A stretch of 64,000 nt of DNA. It comes from Octopus sinensis. Taxonomy: Eukaryota. The notes beneath the pieces are model-generated. The model saw nothing but the letters and a program-made list of their open reading frames with translations. It was not told the origin of the DNA and did no database searches. Positions 39,173 through 50,984 of the stretch are shown one piece after another; the first letter of the stretch is position 1, and the number at the start of each line of letters is the position of its first letter. A program made the translations under genes and the position numbers. Location of the stretch: contig NC_043009.1 in assembly GCF_006345805.1 (NCBI RefSeq), positions 46,314,001 to 46,378,000 of the forward strand, given 5' to 3'.

Positions 39173-40414
39173 ATATATATATATATATATAATATATATA
39201 TATCTATATATATATATATTAATAGTAATTGTATGACAACAAAACAATGAAAGAGACCGCGATATTATGTAAATAGAGGAAATATATAGAAATCTACATA
39301 CACGCACACACACACACACGTGCCTATACCCATACGCGCAGAGTTATATTCAAATGCACGTCTAAGAAACATACATGCTATATGTGTATATGCTCACACT
39401 CGCGTCCCCGCACACACTCTCTCTCTCACACACACACGCACAAAAATTTCATATACATGTCTATATACACACATGCACATGAAAAATACAGGGTGGAAGG
39501 TGTACAAAAAGAAAAAGGGTGTACAAATAAATAAGGCAGTAAAAATATAAAAATATATCTCTACAAGTATGTAAAAAATATGTAAAAAAATATATAAGAA
39601 ATATATGTAAAAAGTTTAGAGAGATAAAATGCTTGTACATGGACACAATATAAAAAGCAAGTCCTATCTGTGATCTTGGGGGGACCAAAAACGTAACAAA
39701 TATTTAGCCCTGTGTGAACATGATCCAACAAGTTCAGTTCTTGAATTTAGACATGTAGCGGTGTCTTAGCTACTTTTCCAGTTAAGCCGTATTTCCATAT
39801 CACAAACACCGCACTTTTACCTTCCACCCTGCATTTTTCTTATGCGTATCTAGACGTGTATATGGGATTTTATTGCTCCCGTGTGTGTGTGTGTGTGTGG
39901 TGTGTGTGTGTGTGTGTGCATGTTTCCGTGTACGCGAATGTAAGTGAGCATATGTACATATAGCATGTATGCTCTTTAGACGTGCATTTGAATATTTGAA
40001 TATATAATATGCGCGTATGGGTATGGACACGCGCGCGCGCGCGTGTGTGTGTGCGCGCGCGCGCGCGTATTGTGGATTTCTAAACGTGTACATGCATGGT
40101 TGCGTGTATATGTGCATCTAGTTGACGCATGTGTGGGTGCGCATGTGTGTGTTTCATGCGATTCTGAGTGAACATATGCATATAGGCACATGTACGTAGG
40201 TGTGCTTGTGCGCATGTGTATGCATGTAAATGCGCACGCACGCGATTGCTATGAGCTTTTTTACTCCCTTACATTTTACTTTTTACTTTCTCCCCTTCGG
40301 TTTCTTCCCTTAGTTAACGGTCATTCTAATACCTCTTTTGTCTTAATAACAGTCAGTTACATAGTAATTTTCCTTTGTTTAACGGTCATTTTCATAGTAT
40401 ATTGTAATTGCCTC

Positions 40415-40475
40415 GATAACTGAAGAGATGCCGCTGAAGGTTTCCGTCCCGACATCCGAAACTCGGAGTTTTATC
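40415..40475 (+). ncRNA. Type-I hammerhead ribozyme motif
   Basis: GATAA|CTGAAGA|GATG...CATCC|GAAA|CTCGGAG|TT|TTATC. It lies at the end of a pyrimidine-rich, PLE-3'-like tract and is followed by (TA)n. Confidence 0.65.
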
Positions 40476-40524
40476 ATGGCAACCGAATAATTGTTACATA
40501 TTATATTACAAATAATATACATAC

Positions 40525-40556
<32 letters not shown>

Positions 40557-40579
40557 ATATATTATATATTATATAATAA

Positions 40580-41065
40580 AATATTAGGGAATAAATCCAA
40601 ACTTACAGGGAAAAATCAGATTTAGGATTGAATCCAATTTTATAGTAAAATATTATATTATATTAAATCAGAGACAAAAACCACTATTAGGCAAATCAAA
40701 CAATGAAAGACTTAAGCAATACATATGATAATTAATATTATTTAAATATGTAACAATTATTAAAAAATATAATTAATATCCACTACGATCGTTTCCTGCC
40801 TGCTGTCTTTAAATTTTTGAGTCGCAGTCATTCATCAGGTGGTTTCAAAATTTTTCTTGGCGAGTTTTAAACAATGAACTACCACCTGATGAATGACTGC
40901 GACTCAAAATTTAAAGAAGCAGGCAGGAAACGATCGTAGTGGATAATTATATTTTTTAATAATTGTTACATATTTAAATAATATAAATTAATCATATGTA
41001 TTGGCTTAAGTCTTTCATTGTTTGATTTGCCTAATAGTGGTTTTGTCTCTAATTTAATATTATAT
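40580..41065. mobile_element. Fold-back element (long inverted repeat) carrying two inverted hammerhead motifs
   Basis: Arms ~40655-40843 and 40881-41065 with a ~37-nt spacer. Hammerhead motifs at 40780-40842 (-) and 40882-40942 (+). Both flanks are (TA)n. Confidence 0.8.
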
Positions 41066-41069
41066 ATAT

Positions 41070-41103
<34 letters not shown>

Positions 41104-41961
41104 CAAGCTGTAATATCTAGGGTGGGAAAGGTTGTTTAGCTAGCTAGCTTAGATCAGGATGCGTATACACAAATACACATACACTTTCGCATGTACATGC
41201 ACTCACACACAGGACATTGGCTATAGAACGTTATGGTTGGAAGATAACACTGCAAAATTGATGCAACACAACAATAGAGATCAGATTGGTGTTGTAGATG
41301 TTTCTAAGAAAATATGTTTCAAATATAATATAATACAAAAAATAAGACAGAAAGGTTTTTTAGCTAAATATAGAGAAATTTTTGGACTAAAAATATTAAC
41401 TTAAAATTTTAAATGTTTGCAATGAATTTACAAAAGAATATAAAATCTAAAAAAATGTGTACATGGTAACTGATGTACAATTTCAGAAATTTATTTAGCA
41501 AATTCCAACTTCAGTACTAATACTTTACGGTTTTTCTTCTTCTTGTCTGTACTTTTTCCAGGTTTAATTACTGCTTGTCCTGCACTCCCACCGGGTTCAA
41601 TACTTAACAATATTCTAGCATTCTGCACCGGCATTTTTCATTCTAGGTTTTCATTGATTTTTCACACATACACACGAAATTAGCATAAACAGCTAGGTTC
41701 AATGTGACGCCATATAGAAAATATTCAATCGTCATTAAGTCAGACTAAAGATGCCGAGGTACCTTCATAGTTATAAATAAGAGTCAAAATACTCTTAATG
41801 ATGTAGGAAGAACGCAAAATGAATATACACATGCTGACAGGGGAGGTAACCTTCCCATGACCGGCTCCAGGATCCTAATACTAGATCTAGTTTCGCCTAC
41901 ACCGTGTATAAAATATATATATATATATATATTTGTGTATATATATATATATATTTGTATA

Positions 41962-42029
<68 letters not shown>

Positions 42030-42192
42030 ATATATACATACATAAACATATACATCTGGATATATGCATGCATATGTACATATGAAGATACGTACATATA
42101 AAAGTATATATTGTTGGTTTTGTGCATGTATATGCGTAGGACTCATATATACATATACATTTATACATATATATGCATACATATACCTATAT

Positions 42193-42275
<83 letters not shown>

Positions 42276-42343
42276 ATATATATCTATCAATTTACTATCA
42301 TATTCATACTATGTACATATATGCATACATACACACAGACACA

Positions 42344-42388
<45 letters not shown>

Positions 42389-43388
42389 GCAAATATATAT
42401 TTACGTATGTAAGTATATACCTATGTACATATGCACTCATATATCTAGGCGTACATAGAATAGATAGATGTATTCACTTTCTGCTCTAAGCAAAATTTTA
42501 TACAGAGGAGATTGAATTTATTTTGATTCTCATCTTACTTTCGGTTTCCATTTCCGATCTCTAGTATACTTGAACATTATTCCGGCTTCCCTTTTGTGGC
42601 TTGTTTTCAATTTATTCTTCATTTTCATAATCATTGTTTCAGAGATGTAAGACTTGTTGCCGCTAGCCATACACGAAAATGCTGAAGGAATTCCGAAATT
42701 AATAAATATTTAAGAAGCAATGTCGTTTGAAATAGAACAAAAATACGAAATACATTTAATAAGATTCTTTTGTTTCCGTATGAGAAATGAATTGGTAATT
42801 TTGTGAAGGCAGAACAAGTATAAATTTTACTGTATTCGTTTATAATTCTGATAATTGTTTCATCTCACTCTCTCTCTCGGAATTCTCGCTGCAGTTCTGT
42901 AATAATTATAATTTTTACACACAGACGCACACACACACACACACACATGCACACATATACATACAAACACACACTCTCACATACGCGTAGACACATATCT
43001 ACACATACATTTATAAAGTATAGCTTTGTATATGTAAGTATGCATCCGTGTGAGTGTGAGTGAGAGAGAATGCGCGTACCTATATATGTGAAGGCATGTT
43101 CATAGTTGTGTAAAGCAGACGTTCATCAAGTCTACTCAGCTGAAAAGGAGTACGACCCCATTATCTGAGAAGCTTGCTCTCCCTCTCTCTCTCTCTCTCT
43201 TCACTCTTTTTCTCTCGCTTCCTTTCTCTCCCTCTCTTTGTTTTTTTCTTTTTCTTCCTTTGTCTCTCTCTCTCTTCCTTCAGTTGTTACATCCTCGATG
43301 GTCTACTGGATCAAATATGGGAGGGCTGATAGGTTGTGTACGTCTGCTCAGGATTCTGTTGATAATGACGGTTATGATATCGACACAG

Positions 43389-43425
<37 letters not shown>

Positions 43426-43430
<5 letters not shown>

Positions 43431-43600
43431 AGAGTTTACGAAAAAAAAAAGACGAAGACAGGTGGTGTACAAAATAAACAGATGTATTAGTATAACGCTC
43501 AGGAATAGAAAAAGTCTTTTACATTTCGAGCTTACGCTCTTCTACAGAAAGGGACACAGAAAACAAGGAGAGAAAAAAGTGTGTAGTGGCTAACGATCTA
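43426..43600 (-). mobile_element. PLE-type terminal repeat with A6U hammerhead-like motif
   Basis: Near-identical to 57637-57795, (TA)n-flanked. Motif at 43516-43551: CTTT|CTGTAGA|A|GAGC-GTAA-GCTC|GAAA|TG|TA|AAAG. Confidence 0.65.
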
Positions 43601-43674
43601 TCATATGCATGCATACATACATATATACATACATGCATATGTAAATATTGGGTGTGTATGTATGTGTGTGTGTG

Positions 43675-43707
<33 letters not shown>

Positions 43708-43917
43708 ACGTGCCTCTTTTTTACCGTTCTGTGCTTTTACCGTTGTTGAAAGCTTCCAGTAACATATAATCAATTTTACATTAGAAGGATTTATTAGCCT
43801 CTCACTCAATTATCATTCATTTCTGGATCAGGGATTCTGTGAGGCAGGGAGAGAAAAAGAAAAATCGACCTCAGTTAATTACTGGTAATATTTGTTAAGA
43901 CGTAACAAAGTATGAAG

Positions 43918-44160
43918 TGGAAGCGCGTGGTTTAGTGGTTAGAGTGTTGGACATAATGATCGTAAGATTGTGGTCTCGATTCCTGGACCGGACAATGCGC
44001 TGTGTTCTTGAGCAAAGCACTTCATTTCATGTTGCTCCAGTTTTCTTGACTGGCAACACTGTGTAATCCTGCGACAGAATGGCGTCCCGTCCAGCGGGAC
44101 ATATATGCACAACGGAAAACGAAAAATCAGCCCTATGAGTCTATATGACTTGGGAAGAAT
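43918..44160 (+). mobile_element. tRNA-derived SINE (family 2), diverged
   Basis: gcgcgtggtttagtggttagag...gtgttcttgagcaaagcacttcatttcatgttgctccag. Confidence 0.8.
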
Positions 44161-44319
44161 CTCTGAGAAAGGATGAAAGAGAAATTTGAACTCCGCATGA
44201 TTAAACATAAGATCACAGTGAGAGGAAAGAAATACCATCAAGAACTCTATCAGACGCTCTAACGACTCTATTCTACTGCATATTTCTAGCCGCGGCGGTC
44301 AGTCGTAAGAGCCTTACAC

Positions 44320-44530
44320 TTTTACGGATGATTTATTCAAGATAACTAAGGGTCTTCGGTTCAAGTCTCTGAGTGGGTATAGATGTATGTTGGACGCAAG
44401 CATGGTTGTGTGGTAAATAAGCATCTTTTACAAACATGTGTGTTTCGACTTCTATCTCACAATGCGGCAACTTAGGAATGCGTCTTCTATAATAGCCCAG
44501 CAGGACCAAAGTCTTGTCATTGGATTTGAT
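44320..44530 (+). mobile_element. CORE-type SINE fragment, diverged
   Basis: ggacgcaagcatggttgtgtggtaa...gcggcaacttaggaatgcgtcttctataatagccc...gaccaaagtcttgtcattggatttg. Confidence 0.6.
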
Positions 44531-44680
44531 AGGTGGAAATTGTGTCATATATATATACCTAGATGCACACAGACAGACAAATACACACAGACATATGCAT
44601 GTATATATACATACATGTATGTATGTACGTATCTATCTATCTATGTATCTATCTATTTATCTAAATGTCTTTCTCTACAC

Positions 44681-44851
44681 CAGCGTTTCTCAACCGAGAT
44701 TCTTCGGAACCCTAAGGTTCCGCAAGAAAGAGTGAGATAACCTAATGCTAATTTCATGATCATAATATCACTATAACATGCACAACATATTATTGGTTAT
44801 TGTAATATAAACATCATCTTATCTAACCTGTTGTGTTATCAAAAAGTAACA

Positions 44852-44907
<56 letters not shown>

Positions 44908-44928
44908 GTATACATATATATGCATGTA

Positions 44929-44970
<42 letters not shown>

Positions 44971-45456
44971 ATATATATTATATATAACATAATAATAAAT
45001 ATTAGGGAATAAATCCAAATTTACGGGGAAAATCAGATTTAGGATTGAATCCAATTTTATAGTAAAATATAATATAATATTAATTAGAGACAAAACCACT
45101 ATTATGCAAATCAAACAAAGGAAGACTTAATCCAATACATAAAATTTTTTTATATAATTAAGTATAATAATTATATTTAATTATATAAAATTTTTTATGT
45201 ATTGGATTAAGTCTTTCTTTGTTTGATTTGCATAATAGTGGTTTTGTCTCTAATTAATATTATATATATACATATATATGTATGTATGTATGTATGTATG
45301 TGTGTGTATATATATATATATGATATTTACAACGTGAACTTCGATGAAAAAATGACGTGAAAGTTATAGTATATAATTTTTTTTTGTGCAGGGGTTCCTT
45401 GAGACATGTAGTTTATTTTAAGGGTTACGCAAGGGTAAAAAAGTTGAGAAACACTG
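44681..45456. mobile_element. hAT (Charlie-like) MITE with 8-bp TSD, interrupted by a nested insertion
   Basis: TIRs CAGCGTTTCTCAAC (44681) and GTTGAGAAACACTG (ends 45456). TSD ctctacac (44673-44680) and ctctacat (45457-45464). Confidence 0.88.
44995..45265. mobile_element. Fold-back element, same family as 40580-41065, without the hammerhead segment
   Basis: aatattagggaataaatcc...agagacaaaaccactattatgcaaatcaaac arm and its inverted copy, within (TA)n. Confidence 0.8.
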
Positions 45457-45531
45457 CTCTACATACATACATGTGTGTGCATAAATACACACACAGACAC
45501 ACGTACACACAACTCACACATATATATAGAC

Positions 45532-45649
45532 GCAGGCGTGGCTGTGTGGTTAGAAGCGTGTTTGTCAACCACATGTTTTCGGATCCAGTCGCACTACGGA
45601 CCACCTTGGGAAAATGCTTTCTACTATAGCGTCGGGCGACCAAAGCCTT

Positions 45650-45703
<54 letters not shown>

Positions 45704-45762
45704 CTTTGTATCAGTGTATTTGTCCCCCATCACCACTTGACAACTGGTGTTGGTGTGCTTAC
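45532..45762 (+). mobile_element. CORE-type composite SINE
   Basis: gcaggcgtggctgtgtggttagaag...accaccttgggaaaatgctttc...gaccaaagcctt...cttgacaactggtgttggtgtg. Confidence 0.8.
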
Positions 45763-45764
45763 GT

Positions 45765-45815
<51 letters not shown>

Positions 45816-47302
45816 TTATAGATATGTGTATATACCAAAATGCATATAAAAACTTTAACAATAACATAAATACAGAGATAAAATATTGTATAATGTTTGT
45901 TGTTTTCTTCTTTCATACTGGAAATGGTAACTTCTTAGCGATTCAGAAGAAAGACCTTCATCAGGGGGAGCAGAAGAAAAAGGAGGTAAGAGTTGCAAAA
46001 GGAAAGAGAAATAAGAAATTTTGTGTATGTCACTTAAAATTCACGCCATATTTCAAATGACCCAAAGTAAAAAAAGAAATAGAAGAGATGCAAGTATATT
46101 TAAAAATTGTGCGTGTGTGTGTGTGTGTGTGCGTGTGCGCAGGCGTGTATGCGTGTGTATGCTTCGTTTGATTGTTTTTTGTTGTTATTTCGCGTACATA
46201 TGAAATTTTTTATTATTTCTTGTTGTGCACGTGTTTTACGTGTTTGCGTGTTTGTGTGTGTATGTGCAGTTTGCATAGAATAGTGGTATGTGTATGTAAG
46301 TAAGTATGTATGCATGTATGTATGTATGCATGAGTGAGTGTTTTTATATGTGTTTATATTTGATGTATTGTAAGCGTGTGTAAACGTGAAATGTGAGCAT
46401 AAATTTGTTATCTGAAAGTGTGTGTATGTTTATATCGTTGGTCTTTGATTGTGATGTTTGTAATATTTTGTTTCATGTCTCTGAAGCTGTTTCATATAAA
46501 AGACCAGGAAACGGAGAGAGGCTGAGCACCGTAGCTTCATGTCTATAGGTGCATACTTGTACCGAGTGATTCCGCGCATGTTTTAGTTGCTTTAGAATAT
46601 GTAAATATATGTTTCCTTTGATATTTTGTGGGATTTTAAAGTGTGTTCTTGTGTACTATTAATCGATGCACGTGTGAATGCTTTTTGTTCGTCGATGTGT
46701 ATTCGTAAGTGAGAATGTGTGCGTATGTGTTATTATCTAATTATTTGTCTGTGCATGTTATTGTTTGAATGTGTAAGTTAGATTTGTGTTGTTTGTGTGT
46801 CTATTGTTTCTTTTAGATTGTGTGTGTGTGTGTTTGTGCGTGTGGTGTGTCTGTGCGTGTGGTGTGTTTGTGTGTGTGTGTATGTGTGTGCGCGCGCACG
46901 CACCTGCGTCACAATGTAGGAATATGCACGTGCGAATGTTTGACTTTTTATTTGCTTTCTTTCTTAAACCTGCGTATGTATGTACTGTGTGTATATGTAT
47001 GTATGAATGTAAGTATGCGTAAATGTATATAAGCATGTATGCATTTATGCATATGTATGTATGTATGTATGTATGTGGGTGTGAGTGTTCGCGTGTGTGT
47101 TTATAGAAAATTCAGTATGGTGTATTTTAGGCACGTGTATGTGGTGCGTGTGCTTGTGACTGTTGTAGAACGATGAGTGCAAAGTATGTTAGCATGTGTT
47201 TGCAGTTGCCTTGGAACTATGTATTGTGTGTGTGTGTGTGTGCGTGTAATATATATATTCTCTCTCTCTTTCTTCTCTCTCTCCTCTCTCTCTCTCTATA
47301 TA

Positions 47303-47459
<157 letters not shown>

Positions 47460-47471
47460 GTATATATATGT

Positions 47472-47525
<54 letters not shown>

Positions 47526-47724
47526 CATATATTATATATTGAGAAAAAGGAGGCAGTCAGAATTTTGGACAATTCGTTATCAGCGCTTTCTTTCGTTTTT
47601 CGATCTCATCAAGACATAATCAAAATCAAAGTGATGAAATCAGAACGTTTCATTGTTTATTTATATGAATCGGATGCTTTTTTGCTTTGTTTAGAAGAGT
47701 AGAACATTGAGAAAAAAAGATAGA

Positions 47725-48041
<317 letters not shown>

Positions 48042-48179
48042 TTTCTAATACTGACCGATCAGTTTCGGCAATTTTCGTTTCCTCGTCAGTAATCGCTAAT
48101 GTGTATACAGAAAATTAATATAAACAGCATTATGCAATATGTTACCAAAACCATAGCACGCTCAGCCGAGTCGAGTAGT

Positions 48180-48230
48180 CCCTACTGATGAAGCGGCAGA
48201 ATTAGCCGAAACTGACCGGTCAGTATAGGG
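48180..48230 (+). ncRNA. Type-I hammerhead ribozyme motif, with an inverted degenerate partner at ~48045-48095
   Basis: CCCTA|CTGATGA|AGC-GGC-AGAATTA-GCC|GAAA|CTGACCGGTCAG|TA|TAGGG. Confidence 0.7.
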
Positions 48231-48384
48231 AATTCACGACCGGTGTTTTCGGGTGATTACAGTCCCTGTCTCATGTATACAATTACGTGCTTTAACTACA
48301 GCATTTATTCTTCTTAGCTCTTATTTCTAGCAGCGTATGTGTTCTGAAAACCTAGTCATAGTTAGTGGCAATAATATATATATA

Positions 48385-48712
48385 TATATATATATAATAT
48401 TAATTAAAGACAAAACCACTATTATGCAAATCAAACAAAGAAAGACTTAATCCAATACATAAAATTTTTTTATATAAATTAAATATAATTAATATAAGAT
48501 TGTAGGAATATGCACGAAATAATCTTAATTATATTTAATTTATATAAATTTTTTTATGTATTGGATTAAGTCTTTCTTTGTTTGATTTGCATAATAGTGG
48601 TTTTGTCTCTAATTAATATTATATTATATTTTACTATAAAATTGGATTCAACCCTAAATCTGATTTTCCCTGTAAATTTGGATTTATTCCCTAATATTTA
48701 TTATATTATATA
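48385..48712. mobile_element. Fold-back element, third copy (opposite orientation)
   Basis: The same arms as 44995-45265 in reverse orientation, (TA)n-flanked. Confidence 0.8.
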
Positions 48713-48721
48713 TATATATAG

Positions 48722-48759
<38 letters not shown>

Positions 48760-49536
48760 ATATCACCGATACATATAACTCCACCACACACATATATACG
48801 CATGTAGCTGTGTGTGTATCTTCAGATGTTATCATTTACAAGACTAGACATGTTTTGTTCTTATACTTTCATTTCATTTAAGTGAATTCAAAGCAAGGGG
48901 AACCATGACTAATCTTGGTTATAAGCTAATTTGGAGGATGGTTATTTAAAAATATTTTTAATAATTACATCAGAATATGCTCTGAAACTTTGAATTAGAA
49001 GCTCAGTTCATACGACAATATTTCAGTTACCCAATTTCCCATTTACCCAGTTTCATTCAAAGACTTCAATTAAGCTGAGCAAATCGTAATAAATGTTTTA
49101 GCGAACTTATTTCTAATTATTGAGTCGTATGTATTACAAAATTAGCGCCAGTGGGACTTCAAGTAGCGTCTAGTAACTACTAAGCGTTATTCAATCTAGC
49201 AATTAAGATTTAACAGTCCTGATCAAAATTAATAATAAATTCTAATCTGTTATTAGTTTTGAGACTTTCAACTTATACTAAATTTTCTTTGGTCATGCTG
49301 AAATTCTTTTGAAATTACAAGTACAAAATTAAACTGTTCCTTTGTTCCATGTAGAAAGCAGTGAACCGAATGATACTGATAAAAACAAGTGCAATTTAAG
49401 GAAACAATATTTCTGATGAAACATACACATCACACGTGAGAAAGCCACAGGACGAAAAAAATAAGCGCAACACATACACGGGTTCTAAACCAGCCATAAA
49501 CACATGCGTATATATATACATACATATATATATATA

Positions 49537-49577
<41 letters not shown>

Positions 49578-49608
49578 TGAGAGAGAGAGAGAAAGAAAGA
49601 AAGAGAAA

Positions 49609-50240
49609 GAGTTTGAAGTGTGTACAGGTATTGTCCACTTGTGGACTCTGCCTAAAAGAAGCCCTCAAAAATTTAACCCTTAACTCACCACAATTACTCA
49701 ACAAACACATCGAAGCCTTCACAACGTGTAAACACAAATTCTTCTGCACTTTTAAATTCTTCCATAAATCCAAGTATAAACTCCCCCCCCCACACACACA
49801 CACACATAACACTTACATACATACCTCCATGGTCGCCATTACATACCCTTGTATATCTTTTCTATCAGGCTTAGTACCTTAGAAGATAACTGTTAATTCT
49901 TTAATTTATTTTAAAACCTTAACCGCATAGATCCCCTAACCCTCAGTTGTAACCTTTATTCCTAAATAATTTAACATTTTATTGGTCTCTCCATTGACGA
50001 CTACTTACACATTCACCTATTATGAGACTCATACCTCAATAGCTAGAAATATTTCTATAGACATTGCCCTTAGCCATAAAACGGACACAAACACTTAAAA
50101 CCTGACTTCCTGCCCCACCCCGAACAGCACTGGCATCTACTATCCTCTTCACTTTGAATCCCTTTCATTTTATTTTACATTATTTTGTATTTTTTACTTT
50201 ATTTTCGTTTACCTTCCTCCTCTCTCCTTATTTACCCTTG
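49609..50240 (+). mobile_element. Penelope-like element 3' fragment (endonuclease C-terminus and 3' UTR)
   Basis: CGLCLKEALKNLTLNSPQLLNKHIEAFTTCKHKFF resembles the PLE terminal motif C-x-LCL-x-EK...LLNKR-x-E...C-x-H. Confidence 0.6.
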
Positions 50241-50242
50241 TA

Positions 50243-50700
50243 TCTTTATATATATAAAACTGAGAATATGTGTCTGTTTGTCTGTGTGTTTCCCTAAATC
50301 TTGAAAACTACTCAACCAATTTCATTCAAATTTTACACATGACTTACTTAGGGTCTGGGGAGTGTCATCGGCAAAATGTTTTAAAACTTTTTGCCTAGGG
50401 CGAGCCCACAGCAATATCATATCTTCTCCACTACGATTCCCTAAAACTTGAGAACTACACAACCAATTTCATTCAAATTTTACACATGCCTTACTTAGGG
50501 TCCATGTAGTTTCATGGGCAAAAAAATGTTTAACTTCTTGCCTAGGGCGAGCCCATAGCAATATCATATCTTCTCCACTATTTCAGTATTACGTGTTAAA
50601 AGTGAAACAAAAACATTTCTCTATTTTATTTCAGATACTTTCACTTTAACAATAAAAATAATAATAACAATTGAATTATATGTAGTAAGTAATAATTAAA
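50243..50700 (+). mobile_element. Helitron/Helentron-associated (HINE/DINE-1-like) element with 147-bp internal tandem duplication
   Basis: Starts tc..tatatataaaa followed by tgtctgtttgtctg. The ccctaaa.cttga.aactac unit occurs at 50292 and 50439. Confidence 0.6.
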
Positions 50701-50984
50701 ATCAAACTACAGTGTAATATAATCGTAAAATAACAAAAGTAAAAATAGCAATTGGTATAAAATTGCATCAATGATTTGAACTTGAATAAGTGGTTTCACA
50801 TGAATGGGAATAATTAAAAATAAAATTAGTGTGCAGACATGGAATAGTCCTGATGGATAATAAAAAATTAAATTAAAGAAAAGACTATTATCTATAAAGT
50901 ATACAATGTAGAGAAAAAAGGTCGCGTTTTTTTGCGCTCTGTAAAATTCGGTTAAAAAAAAAAAAGAAAAAACACAAAAAAGTG

